DNA of 28,620 nucleotides from Macrostomum lignano (Eukaryota). Below the pieces are notes generated by a model. The model ran no database searches. It had not been told where the DNA came from and worked only from the letters and a program-made list of their open reading frames with translations. Location of the stretch: NCBI GenBank assembly GCA_002269645.1, contig NIVC01005010.1, forward strand, positions 1 to 28,620, read 5' to 3'. Every line of letters begins with the position of its first letter. The first letter of the stretch is position 1. This document shows positions 10,093 to 22,974 of the stretch, one piece after another. Made by a program: the position numbers and the translations under genes.

Positions 10093-10802
10093 CTCTCAAG
10101 TCTCTCATATCTCCTCTCTCCTCTCTCTCATCTCATCTCTACCCCTGCTCCCTTATTTATCTCTTCTCCCTCGTCTTTCGTCTGTACCTTCTCCTGTCTT
10201 CTGTCTCCTCTCTTCACTCTTATCTCTCCCTCTTCTCTCCTCTCTCATATGTCATCTCTACTCACTTATCTATCGTCTCTCTTAACCCTCTCTCTCTCTT
10301 CTCTTTTCTCTTCTCTCTGCTCTCATTTCTCATATTTCATATACGCTCTGACACTACTTTCTTGTCTCCCATCTTTCTTCCTCCTTTTCACTATCCCCTG
10401 TCTCTTCTCTTCTCTCTTTTCTATTCTCTCCATTCTCTCTTTTCTCATTTCCTTGCTCCTTTCATCTCTCTCCTCTCTCCTCACTCTCTTCTCCTTTCGC
10501 TTCTCTCTCCTCTCTCTCCTCTCATCTTTACTACCTTATTTATATCTTCTCCTTAGTCTTTCGTCTGTACTCTCTCCTGTCTCCTCTCTCCCCTGCTCTC
10601 TCATCCCTCATCTCCTCATCTCACTCTTTCTTTCTCCTCTACTCTCCCCTCTCTTATATTGCCTCTGTACGCTCTTATCCCTCATCTATTCTCTCTCCTA
10701 TCATCTCCAATCTGTCATGTCTAATCTCTCCACTCAATTATACTCTGTTTTCTATCATCTCTTCTCTCTTCTCTTTTCAGTCTTCTCTTTACTCTCTTCT
10801 CT
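10093..10802. repeat. CT-rich tract, U4
   Basis: As in U1. Confidence 0.95.
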
Positions 10803-11195
10803 GACTGATTGAAGATGCCAAATCCATCAAGATCCTCTCCGCGAAGCAAAAATCCTGTCTGTGCAACTAAAAACCATCGAAATCCTCTCAGTGAAACTGG
10901 ACTCCTTCGAAATCCTCTCCTTGAAACTTAAATCCATCAAAATTGTTTCCATAAAACAGAAATCAATCATAAATTATCTCCGCGAAACAGAAAGCCTCTC
11001 CGTGAAGCTGAACATGATCGAAATCCTCTCCGTGAAACTGAACACCATGGAAATCCTTTCGTGAAACTGAACATCATCGAAATCCTCTCCACGAAACAGA
11101 AATCTTCTCCGTCAGAATTTAAACATTGAAATCGTCTCCGTTAAACTTGACTTAATCGAATTTTTTCCGTCAAACAACTTAACTCGCCAGATTCA

Positions 11196-11229
11196 TTAGG
11201 GTTAGGGTTAGGGTTAGGGTTAGGGTTAG
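11196..11229 (+). repeat. Interstitial (TTAGGG)5 TTAG
   Basis: Read directly. Confidence 0.95.
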
Positions 11230-12649
11230 AACTACGCACAGCTTCGTGTTAAAAGGCACAGATAAAAATATTGAACTAATTGAATCAATTCATTGCGCAA
11301 CCGATTTCACAGTCAGTATCAGTCTCAGTTAAATTTAACCAAAAGATTGCGCAATTTAAATCAACCCTCCAGTACACAGAGACCGACCTTTTCAATACGC
11401 TGTGGCAGTTAGAAATTGAACCCCCATCTGTTGGGGGCATTGAACCAAAAAATGAGTACAATCTTTGCAGAAAGCTAAAAGTATGGAAATAGTTTTTTTG
11501 ATGCTGCTCTTTTAGTCTTTATATTGAAAGCTAACAATTTATATCCTCGAACTCAGCGTTGCAAGATCTTTTCAGCAGTATAAGTCTCTTCTCTTAAAGT
11601 TTAGAACTCGAAGAGCAGTTAGCGTTTGAAAGTTTCCGTTTTAAAGCATTAAAATATCGAGTGTACGTTCACTGCCTGCCAAAGAGGCTCGCAAGTTGAT
11701 TCATTCACTACACAGGCCGGCTATTACACAGGGCAGCGTATTGAAAGGCACAGATAATAAAACAAATTGATGGTGCAACCGATTTCACAGTCAGTCAGTA
11801 TCAGTCTCAGTTAAAGTTAACAAAAACATTGCGCAATCTAAATCAACCCTCCAATACACAGCAGCAGTGAGAAGTTGAACCCTCCCCCCAACTTTATCTA
11901 TTACGTCTCGCAAAACTGAGCACAATTTTTGCAGAAAGTTAAAAGCATGGAAATAGTTTTTTCAATGCTGTGCTTTTTCTTTTTATATTTAAAGCAAACA
12001 ACTTATATCCCCGAACTCAGCGTTGCAAGATCTTTCCAGCAATATAAGTTTCTCCTCTGAAAGTTTAAAACTCGAGGAACAGTTAGCGTTTGAATTTACC
12101 AATTTCCCGACTACTTGCTAGAGAAGCTCGCAAGTTTATTCATTGAATTTCACTGCCAAACTAATACACAGGGCCGATAATAAAAAATGAACCAATTGAA
12201 TCAATTGATTGTGCAATATAATTTCTGTGTTAGTCAGTATCAGTCTCAGTTAAAGTTAACAAACAGATTGCGCAATCTAAATCAACCCTCAAATACACAC
12301 CGACCGACCTCCTAACTGTTGGGGGGTCGGTCGAACGCCATTGAAATCCTAAAATGAGTACAATCTTTGCAGAAAGTTTAAAGTATGGAAATAGTTTTTG
12401 CAATGCAGAGCTTTTAGTTTTCATATTTAAAGCAAACAATTTATATCCCTGAAATCAGCTTTGCAAGTTCTTTCCAGCAATATAAATTTTTTCTCTCAAA
12501 GTTAAAAACTCGAGCAACAGTTTGCGTTTGAAACTTTCTGATTTAAAGCATTGAAATATCGATTGTACGTTCACTGCCTGCTAAAGAGGCCCGCAAGTTT
12601 ATGCATTGAATTTCAAGGTTCAACAAAATCACAGGGCTGCCTATTGAAA
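11230..12649. repeat. Three A modules, U4
   Basis: As in U2. Confidence 0.9.
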
Positions 12650-13233
12650 ATTAGAACACAAATCTTTGCGCAATTGTCTATACAGTCAGCCAGTGAGCCA
12701 GGGTCCGATTGTACACATGCAGCCATTTAGAACGCCCCATCCCCCACTGGAGAGAAAATACACTGCAGAGATAGGGAAAAGTTGTGGCGCAATCACTTGA
12801 AATTCATGCAAATTTTCAGCTCCAAGCAGAAAGAGGGGACAATTAAGATTATCAAAGGTCAAGACCGCCGTTTTCTGCTTTTTTGAGGATCTTAGAAATT
12901 AAAATTTCAGAATTAAAATAGCCTATAGCCGACCTCGGATAATTTCCAATCTTCCCATATAAGTTTCAACGCTGAGTTGGCACTATTCAAGGAGGAGTTG
13001 TCGAAATGACAGACAGACACACAGCCAGACAGACAAACAACGCGTCAACTTTAGTATATATAGATAGATAGAAGAAGTGGAACTCCTCCTTCGGAGGAGA
13101 AAGGGGAAGAACTCCCATCACCGGAATTCCATTTCCTGAAATATCAATCAACTGAAATTCCATGTCTTTAACCCTATCTTCCAAATCGTCTCCAAATTCT
13201 TTACAAAATCTTTCAAAGACCATAGCTCAAAGA

Positions 13234-14198
13234 CTCTCAAGTCTCTCATATCTCCTCTCTCCTCTCTCTCATCTCATCTCTACCCCTGCTCCCTTATTTA
13301 TCTCTTCTCCCTCGTCTTTCGTCTGTACCTCTCCTGTCTCTTGTCCCGTCTCTTCTCTCATATCTCTCCCTCTTCTCTCCTCTCTCATATGTCATCTCTA
13401 CTCACTTATCTATCGTCTCTCTTAACCCTCTCTGTCTCTTCTCTTTTCTCTTCTCTCAGCTCTCATTTATCATATCTCATATACGCTCTCACACTCTACT
13501 TTCTTGTCTCCCATCTTTCTTTCCTTCTTTCCACTATCCCATGTCTCTTCTCTTCTCTCTTTTATATCCTCTCCATTCTCTCTTTTCTCCTCTCCTTGCT
13601 CCTTTGATCTTCTCCCCTCTCTTCTCTAATCTCTAATCTCTTCTCTCTTATGTTCTCACGCATCTCTTCTCATCGCATCTCTTATCTCTCTCTCCTCACT
13701 ACTTTCCTCTCTTAACTCTCTCATCTCTGATCTTTCATCTCTCTCCTCTCTCCTCACTCTCTTCTCCTTTCGCTTCTCTCTCCTCTCTCTCCTCTCATCT
13801 CTACTACCTTATTTATATCTTCTCCCTGGTCTTTCGTCTGCTCTCTCTCCTGTCTCCTTTCTCCCTCTTTTCTCTTCTCTTCTCTCTCCTTTCCTCTCTC
13901 ATCTCTCATCCCTCATCTCACTCTTTCTTTCTCCTCTACTCTCCACTCTCTTCTATTTCCTCTGTACGCTCTTATCCCTCATCTATTCTCTCTCCTATTA
14001 TCTCTCTTGTCTCCCTTTGCTATCTCATATCTCCCCTCTCATCTCCTCTCTCCTCTTCTCTTCTCTCTCCCTCTTCGTTCCCGCCTTACTCCCCTCTTCT
14101 CTCCCATCTGTCATGTCTAATCTCTCCATTCATTTCTACTCTGTTTTCTATCATGTCATCGCTCTTCTCTTTTCATTCTTCTCTTTACTCTCTTCTCT
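13234..14198. repeat. CT-rich tract, U5
   Basis: As in U1; long variant. Confidence 0.95.
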
Positions 14199-14597
14199 GA
14201 CTGATTAAAGATGCCAAATCCATCAAGATCCTCTCTGCGAAGCAGAAATCTTGTCTGTGCAACTGAAAACCATCGAAATCCTCTCCGTAAAACTGGACTC
14301 CTTCGAAATCCTCTCATTAAAACTTAAATCCATCAAAATGGTCTTCATAAAACAGAAATCAATTATAAATTATCTCGCGAAACAGAAATCCTCTCCGTGA
14401 AGCTGAACATCATCGAAATCCTCTCTTCGTGAAACTGAACATCATCGAAATCCTCTCTTCGTGAAACTGAACATCATCGAAATCCTCTCCACGAAACAGA
14501 AATCCTCTCTGTCAAATTAAAACATTGAAATCGTCTCCGCTAAACTGGACTCAATCAATTTTTTTTCCGTCAAACAACTCAACTCCGGATTCATTGG

Positions 14598-14624
14598 TTA
14601 GGGTTAGGGTTAGGGTTAGGGTTA
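14598..14624 (+). repeat. Interstitial (TTAGGG)4 TTA
   Basis: Read directly. Confidence 0.95.
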
Positions 14625-15672
14625 AAACTACGCACAGCTTCGTGTTAAAAGGCGCTGATAAAAATATTGAACTAATTGAATCAATTCATTGCGCAACCGA
14701 TTTCACAGTCAGTCAGTATCAGTCTAAGTTAAAGTTAACAAAAACATTGCGCAATCTAAATCAACCCTCCAATACACAGCAGCAGTGAGAAGTTGAACTC
14801 TCCCCCAACTTTATCTATTACGTCTCGCAAAACTGAGTACAATTTTTGCAGAAAGTTAAAAGTATGGAAATAGTTTTTTCAATGCTGTGCTTTTTCTTTT
14901 CATATTTAAAGCAAACAATTTATATCCTGAAATCAGCTTTGCAAGTTCTTTCCAGCAATATTAATTTTTTCTCTCAAAGTTAAAAACTCGAGCAACAGTT
15001 TGCGTTTGAAACTTTCTGATTTAAAGCATTGAAATATCAATTGTACGTTCACTGCCTGCTAAAGCGGCCCGCAAGTTTATGCATTGAATTTCAAGGTTCA
15101 ACAAAATCACAGGGCTGCCTATTGAAAATTAGAACACAAATCTTTGCGCAATTGTCTATACAGTCAGCCAGTGAGCCAGGGTCCGATTGTACACAGGCAG
15201 CCATTTAGAACGCCCCATCCCCCCACTGGAGAGAAAATACACTGCAGAGATAGGGAAAAGTTGTGGCGCAATCACTTGAAATTCATGCAAATTTTCAGCT
15301 CCAAGCAGAAAGAGGGGACAATTAAGATTATCAAAGGTCAAGACCGCCGTTTTCTGCTTTTTTGAGGATCTTAGAAATTAAAATTTCAGAATTAAAATAG
15401 CCTATAGCCGACCTCGGATAATTTCCAATCTTCCCATATAAGTTTCAACGCTGAGTTGGCACTATTCAAGGAGGAGTTGTCGAAATGACAGACAGACACA
15501 CAGACAGACAGACAAACAACGCGTCAACTTTAGTATATACGAGTGGAACTCCTCCTCCGGAGGAGAAAGGGGAAGAACTCCCATCATCGGAATTCCATTC
15601 CCTGAAATCCATCAGCTGAAACTCCATGACTTGAATCCCATCTTCCAAATCATCTCCAAAACCTCTGTAAAG

Positions 15673-16642
15673 CCTTTTTGCTCTCCTCTTTGCCCTCTTA
15701 TCTCTACAGTGTAGTCTCTTATCTTTTCTCTCTAATCTGCTTTTCATCTCTAGTCTCTCATCTCTGCTCTCTCTTCTTTGCTATCTTATATCTAGTCTCT
15801 CCTTTCTCTCCTCTCATCTCTACTCCCTTATGTATCTCTTCTCCCTCGTCTTTCGTCTGTACCCTCTCTTGTCTCGTGTCTCCTCTCTTCTCTCTTATCT
15901 CTCTCTCTTCTCTCCTCTCTCATATGTCATCTCTACTCACTTATCTATCGTCTCTCTTTACCCTCTCTCTTCTCTCTGCTCTCATTTCTCATATCTCATA
16001 TACGCTCTCACACTCTACTTTCTTGTCTCCCATCTTTCTTTCCTCCTTTCCACTATCCCCTGTCTCTTCTCTTCTCTCTTTTCTCCTCTCCTTTCTCCTT
16101 TCATCTTCTCCCCTCTCTTCTCTAATCTCTAATCTCTTCTCTCTTATGTTCTCACGCATATCTTCTCATCGTATCTCTCATCTCTCCTCTCCTCACTACT
16201 TTCCTCTCTTAACTCTCTCATCTCTGATCTTTCATCTCTCTCCTCTCTCCTCTCTCTTTTCTCCTTTCGCTTCTCTCTCCTCCCCCTCCTCTCATCTCTA
16301 CTACCTTATTTATTTCTTCTCCCTGGTTTTTCGTCTCTACTCTCTCCTGTCTCCTTTCTCCCCTCTTTTCTCCTCTCTTCTCTCTCCTGTCTTCCCTCCT
16401 CTCTCATCCCTCATCCCTCATCTCACTCTTTCTTTCTCCTCTACTCTCCCTCTCTTGTATCCCTTTGCTATCTCATATCTCCCTCTCATCTCCTCTCTCC
16501 TCTTCTCTTCTCTCTCCTTCGTTCCCGCCTTACTCCCCTCTTCTCTCCTATCTGTCATGTCTAATCTCTCCACTCATTTCTACTCTGTTTTCTATCATGT
16601 CATCTCTCTTCTCTTTTCATTCTTCTCTTTACTCTCTTCTCT
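15673..16642. repeat. CT-rich tract, U6
   Basis: As in U1; long variant. Confidence 0.95.
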
Positions 16643-16864
16643 GACTGATTGAAGATGCCAAATCCATCAAGATCCTCTCCGCGAAGCAGTCTGTGCAACT
16701 GAAAACCATCGAAATCCTCTCTGTAAAACTGAAAACCATCGAAATCCTCTCAGCGAAACAGAAATCCTGTCCGTGAAACTGATAACCATCGAAATTCTCT
16801 CTTTAAAACTGGACTCAATCGAAATTTTCTCCGTCAAAAAGAATAAAATATCATGATTCACTGG

Positions 16865-16898
16865 TTAGGGTTATTGTTAGGGTTAGGGTTAGGGTTAG
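16865..16898 (+). repeat. Interstitial TTAGGG TTATTG (TTAGGG)3 TTAG
   Basis: Read directly; one variant hexamer. Confidence 0.95.
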
Positions 16899-17862
16899 AG
16901 CTACACACAGCTGCGTGTCCAAATAAAAAAAATTGAAACAATTGAATCAATTGATTGCGCAACAGATTTCTCAGTCAGTCAGTATCAGTCTCAGTTAAAG
17001 TTAACAAAAAGATTGCGCAATTTAAATCAACCCTCCAGTACACAGAGACCGACCCCTTTTCAATACGCAGTGGCAATTAGAAATTGAACCCCCAACTGTT
17101 GGGGGCATTGAACTAAAAATGAGTACAATCTTTGCAGAAAGCTAAAAGTATGGAAATAGTTTTTTTATGCTGTGCTTTTAGTCTTTATATTTAAAGCAAA
17201 CAATTTATATCCTTGAACTCAGCGTTGCAAGATCTTTTCAGCAGTATAAGTCTCTTCTCTTAAAGTTTAGAACTCGAAGAGCCGTAAGCATTTGAAAGTT
17301 CCCGTTTTAAAGCATTGAAATATCGAGTGTACGTTCACTGCCTGCCAAAGAGGCTCGCAAGTTTATTCATTAATTACACACGCCGGCTATTACACAGGGC
17401 AGCCTATTGAAAGGCACAGATAATAAAACAAATTGATGGCGCAACCGATTTCACAGTCAGTCAGTATCAGTCTCAGTTAAAGTTAACAAAAACATTGCGC
17501 AATCTAAATCAACCCTCCAATACACAGCAGCAGTGAGAAGTTAAACCCTCCCCCAACTTTATCTATTACGTCTCGCAAAACTGAGTACAATTTTTGCAGA
17601 AAGTTAAAAGTATGGAAATACTTTTTCAAATGCTGTGCTTTTTCTTTTCATATTTAAAGCAAACAACTTATATCCTCGAACTCTGCGTTGCAAGATCTTT
17701 CCAGCAATATAAGTTTCTCCTCTCAAAGTTTAAAACTCGAGGAACAGTTAGCGTTTGAAATTTACCGATTTCCCGACTTCTTGCTAGAGATGCTCGCAAG
17801 TTTATTCATTGAAATTCACTGCCCAGCTAATACACAGGGCCGATAATAAAACCAATTGAATC

Positions 17863-18115
17863 TCGGCACAGTTCTATCTGTTTAAAACAGCTATGTACAC
17901 TCAGCCCAAGCCCAACCCCCCCGTTCCGGGGGAATCATTAAATTTAACCCAACCCCGACACGCGGGGTTTTATTTGCATTGAACCCAGAACACGCGCACC
18001 CACCACCCCTCAATACACAGCGGCCCGCGGGCGGAGGTTGGGGTGGCTATTTTTACAAACTGGCTGCAGCCCCAGGCAGAGTGGCAAAAGAAGGTTATTG
18101 GGGTCAAAAAGGCAG
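17863..18115. other. Unique GC-rich segment replacing A3 and the left half of B in U6
   Basis: Not seen in other units; its right end resembles B in diverged form. Confidence 0.85.
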
Positions 18116-18464
18116 TTTTCTGCTTTTTGAGGATCTTAGAAATTAAAATTTCAGAATTAAAATAGCCTATAGCCGACCTCGGATAATTTCCAATCTTCCC
18201 ATATAAGTTTCAACGCTGAGTTGGCACTATTCAAGGAGGAGTTGTCGAAATGACAGACAGACACACAGACAGACAGACAAACAACACGTCAACTTTAGTA
18301 TATACGAGTGGAACTCCTCCTTCGGAGGAGAAAGGGGAAGAACTCCCATCACCGGAATTCTATTCCCTGAAATATCCATCAACTGAAATTCCATGTCTTT
18401 AACCCTATCTTCCAAATCGTCTCCAAATTCTTTACAAAATCTTTCAAAGACCATAGCTCAAAGA

Positions 18465-19180
18465 CTCTCAAGTCTCTCATATCTCCTCTCTCCTCTCTTT
18501 CATCTCATCTCTACCCTGTTCCCTTATTTATCTCTTCTCCCTCGTCTTTCGTCTGTACCTTCTCCTGTCTTCTGTCTCCTCTCTTCACTCTTATCTCTCC
18601 CTCTTCTCTCCTCTCTCATATGTCATCTCTACTCACTTATCTATCGTCTCTCTTAACCCTCTCTCTCTCTTCTCTTTTCTCTTCTCTCTGCTCTCATTTC
18701 TCATATTTCATATACGCTCTGACACTACTTTCTTGTCTCCCATCTTTCTTCCTCCTTTTCACTATCCCCTGTCTCTTCTCTTCTCTCTTTTCTATTCTCT
18801 CCATTCTCTCTTTTCTCCTTTCCTTGCTCCTTTCATCTCTCTCCTCTCTCCTCACTCTCTTCTCCTTTCGCTTCTCTCTCCTCTCTCTCCTCTCATCTTT
18901 ACTACCTTATTTATATCTTCTCCCTAGTCTTTCGTCTGTACTCTCTCCTGTCTCCTCTCTCCCCTCCTCTCTCATCCCTCATCTCCTCATCTCCTCATCT
19001 CACTCTTTCTTTCTCCTCTACTCTCCCCTCTCTTCTATTGCCTCTGTACGCTCTTATCCCTCATCTATTCTCTCTCCTATCATCTCCAATCTGTCATGTC
19101 TAATCTCTCCACTCAATTTACTCTGTTTTCTATCATCTCTTCTCTCTTCTCTTTTCAGTCTTCTCTTTACTCTCTTCTCT
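18465..19180. repeat. CT-rich tract, U7
   Basis: As in U1. Confidence 0.95.
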
Positions 19181-19573
19181 GACTGATTGAAGATGCCAAA
19201 TCCATCAAAATCCTCTCCGCGAAGCAAAAATCCTGTCTGTGCAACTAAAAACCATCGAAATCCTCTCAGTGAAACTGGACTCCTTCGAAATCCTCTCCTT
19301 GAAACCTGAATCCATCAAAATTGTTTCCATAAAACAGAAATCAATCATAAATTATCTCAGCGAAACAGAAAGCCTCTCCGTGAAGCTGAACATGATCGAA
19401 ATCCTCTCCGTGAAACTGAACACCATGGAAATCCTTTCGTGAAACTGAACATCATCGAAATCCTCTCCACGAAACAGAAATCTTCTCCGTCAGAATTTAA
19501 ACATTGAAATCGTCTCCGCTAAACTTGACTTAATCGAATTTTTTCCGTCAAACAACTTAACTCGCCAGATTCA

Positions 19574-19601
19574 TTAGGGTTAGGGTTAGGGTTAGGGTTA
19601 G
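19574..19601 (+). repeat. Interstitial (TTAGGG)4 TTAG
   Basis: Read directly. Confidence 0.95.
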
Positions 19602-20605
19602 AACTACGCACAGCTTCGTGTTAAAAGGCACAGATAAAAATATTGAACTAATTGAATCAATTCATTGCGCAACCGATTTCACAGTCAGTCAGTATCAGCC
19701 TCAGGTAAAGTTAACAAAAGATTGCGCAATCTAAATCAACCCTCCAATCCACAGCTGTAGTGAGAAGTTGAACCCTCCCCCCAACTTTATCTATTACGTC
19801 TTGCAAAACTGAGTACAATATTTGCAAAAAGTTAAAAGTATGGAAATAGTTTTCCAAATGCTGTGCTTTTTCTTTTCATAGTTAAAGCAAACAACTTATA
19901 TCCCCGAACTCAGCGTTGCAAGATCTTGCCAGCAATATAAGTTTCTCCTCTCAAAGTTTAAAACTCGAGGAACAGTTAGCGTTTGAAACTGTCTGATTTA
20001 TAGCATTGAAGTATCGAGTGTACGTTCACTGCCTGCTTGCAAGTTGATGCATTGAATTTCAATGTCCAACAAATACACAGGACTGCCCATTGATAGGCAG
20101 GAAAACTTATCAGTAGCCATATCATTGCGCAATTATCTATAAAGTCAGCCAGTGAGCCAGGGTCCAATTGTACACACGCCGCCAATGAGAACGCGCCCAT
20201 TCCCCCACAGGAGAGAAAATGCACTGGCGACATAGGAAAAAGTTGTGGCGTAATCACTCAAAATTTATGCCAATTTTCAGCTCCGAGCAGAAAGAGGGGA
20301 CAATTAAGATTATCAAAGGTCAAGACCGCCGTTTTCTGCTTTTTTAGGGATCTTAAAAATTGAAAATGAAAGATTAAAATAGCCTAAAGCCATCCTCGGA
20401 AAATTTGCAGTTTTCCCATATAAGTTTCAACGCTGAGTTGCAAGTATTCTAGGAGGAGTTATCGAACTGACATACAGACAGACAAACAACGCGTCAACTT
20501 TAGTATATACGAGGCCAACTCCTCCTTCGGAGAAGAAAGGGGAAGAACTCCAATCAGCGGAATTCCATTCCCTGAACTCCATCAGCGGAATCCCATTTTC
20601 AACAC

Positions 20606-20745
20606 CTCTCCGCGCAACAGAAATCGTCTCCGTGAAACTGAACACATCGAAATCCTCTCCGTGAAACTGAACACCATCGAAATATTCTACGCGAAATAGA
20701 AATCCTCTCCGTGAAACTGGACTAAATCGAAATTTCTACGTCAAA
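20606..20745. repeat. Same minisatellite, reduced copy in short unit U8
   Basis: Repeated GAAATCCTCTCCGTGAAAC core. Confidence 0.8.
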
Positions 20746-20769
20746 CAGCCCAGCTCTAGAATTCATTGG

Positions 20770-20791
20770 TTAAGGTTAGGGTTAGGGTTAG
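20770..20791 (+). repeat. Interstitial TTAAGG (TTAGGG)2 TTAG
   Basis: Read directly. Confidence 0.9.
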
Positions 20792-21739
20792 AGCTACACA
20801 CAGCTGCGTGTTGAAAGACGCCGTAAAAACATTGAACCAATTAAATTGCGCAACTTATTTCTCAGGCAGTCAGTATCAGCCTCAGTTAAAGTTAACAAAA
20901 AGATTGCGCAATCTAAATCAACCCTCAAATACACAGCAACCGACCCCCTTCCAATACGCAGTGCAGCTAGAAATTGAACCCCCCCCACCAACTATTGGGG
21001 GGTCGGTCGAACCCCCATTGAACTCCAAAATGAGAACAATCTTTGCAGAAAGCTAAAAGTATGAAAATCTTTTCTTGAATGCTGTGAATTTAATTTTCAT
21101 ATTTAAAGCAAAAAACTTATATCCCCGAACTCATCGCAGCAAGATCTTTCCAGCAATATAAGTTCTCCTCTCTAAGTTCAAAACTCGAGCAACAGTTAGT
21201 GTTTGAAACTTTCTGATTTTAAGCATTGAAATATCGAGTGTACGTTCACTGCCTGCTAAAGATGCTCGCAAGTTTATGCATTTAAATGCACTGAATTTCA
21301 CTGTGCAAAAAATACACAGGGCTTCCTGTTAAAAAACAGAACACAAATATTTGCGCAATTGTCTATAAAGTCAGCCAGTGAGCCAGGGTCCAATTGTACA
21401 CACGCCGCCAATAAGAACGCGCCCATTCCCCACAGGAGAGAAAATGCACTGGCGACATAGGAAAAAGTTGTGGCGTAATCACTCAAAATTTATGCCAATT
21501 TTCAGCTCCGAGCAGAAAGAGGGGACAATTAAGATTATCAAAGGTCAAGACCGCCGTTTTCTGCTTTTTTAGGGATCTTAAAAATTGAAAATGAAAGATT
21601 AAAATAGCCTAAAGCCATCCTCGGAAAATTTGCAGTTTTCCATATAAGTTTCAACGCTGAGTTGCAAGTATTCTAGGAGGAGTTATCGAACTGACATACA
21701 TACAGACAAACAACGCACCACTTTAGTATTAACGATAGA

Positions 21740-22974
21740 CGAGGCCAACTCCTCCTTCGGAGAAGAAAGGGGAAGAACTCCAATCAGCGGAATTCCATTC
21801 CCTGAACTCCATCAGCGGAATCCCATTTTCAACACCTCTCCGCGCAACAGAAATCGTCTCCGTGAAACTGAACACAATCGAAATCCTCTCCGTGAAACTG
21901 AACACCATCGAAATATTCTCGCGAAATAGAAATCCTCTCCGTGAAACTGGACTAAATCGAAATTTCTACGTCAAACAGCCCAGCTCTCAGAAATCATTGG
22001 TTAGGGTTAGGGTTAGGGTTAGAGCTACACACAGCTGCGTGTTGAAAGACGCCGTAAAAACATTGAACCAATTAAATTGCGCAACTTATTTCTCAGGCAG
22101 TCAGTATCAGCCTCAGTTAAAGTTAACAAAAAGATTGCGCAATCTAAATCAACCCTCAAATACACAGCAACCGACCCCCTTCCAATACGCAGTGCAGCTA
22201 GAAATTGAACCCCCCCCTCACCAACTATTGGGGGGTCGGTCGAACCCCCATTGAACTCCAAAATGAGAACAATCTTTGCAGAAAGCTAAAAGTATGAAAA
22301 TCTTTTCTTGAATGCTGTGAATTTAATTTTCATATTTAAAGCAAAAAACTTATATCCCCGAACTTATCGCAGCAAGATCTTTCCAGCAATATAAGTTCTC
22401 CTCTCTAAGTTCAAAACTCGAGCAACAGTTAGTGTTTGAAACTTTCTGATTTTAAGCATTGAAATATCGAGTGTACGTTCACTGCCTGCTAAAGATGCTC
22501 GCAAGTTTATGCATTAAATGCACTGAATTTCACTGTGCAAAAAATACACAGGGCTTCCTGTTAAAAAACAGAACACAAATATTTGCGCAATTGTCTATAA
22601 AGTCAGCCAGTGAGCCAGGGTCCAATTGTACACACGCCGCCAATAAGAACGCGCCCATTCCCCCACAGGAGAGAAAATGCACTGGCGACATAGGAAAAAG
22701 TTGTGGCGTAATCACTCAAAATTTATGCCAATTTTCAGCTCCGAGCAGAAAGAGGGGACAATTAAGATTATCAAAGGTCAAGACCGCCGTTTTCTGCTTT
22801 TTTAGGGATCTTAAAAATTGAAAATGAAAGATTAAAATAGCCTAAAGCCATCCTCGGAAAATTTGCAGTTTTCCAATATAAGTTTCAACGCTGAGTTGCA
22901 AGTATTCTAGGAGGAGTTATCGAACTGACATACATACAGACAAACAACGCACCACTTTTAGTATTAACGATAGA
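21740..22974 (-). mobile_element. Unit U9, short subfamily, 1235 bp
   Basis: Near-identical to U8 and U10; clean CTCG|TC junctions on both sides. Confidence 0.7.
22001..22022 (+). repeat. Interstitial (TTAGGG)3 TTAG
   Basis: Read directly. Confidence 0.9.

Larger units (their letters stand above)
9933..13075 (-). mobile_element. Unit U4, Helitron-like, about 3.1 kb (3 A modules; terminus TCTTCTATCTATCTATATATACTAAAG)
   Basis: Near-identical to U2 and U3; retains a 5' TC. Confidence 0.7.
13076..15539 (-). mobile_element. Unit U5, Helitron-like, about 2.46 kb (one chimeric A module)
   Basis: Same module order; the A module joins A1-, A2- and A3-type segments. Confidence 0.7.
15540..18304 (-). 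mobile_element. Unit U6, Helitron-like, 2765 bp (2 A modules plus a GC-rich replacement segment)
   Basis: Divergent 3' segment; unique sequence at about 17863-18115. Confidence 0.65.
18305..20509 (-). mobile_element. Unit U7, Helitron-like, 2205 bp (1 A module, type-2 B module)
   Basis: Near-identical to U12. Confidence 0.7.
20510..21739 (-). mobile_element. Unit U8, short subfamily, 1230 bp (no CT tract)
   Basis: Minus strand starts TCTATCGTTAATACTAAAG and ends GGCCTCG. Confidence 0.7.

Noticed and set aside
21724-21733. TAGTATTAAC resembles the circovirus/nanovirus nick nonamer TAGTATTAC
   Set aside because: Imperfect, AT-rich, present only at four junctions, and on the strand opposite the inferred element; likely chance.
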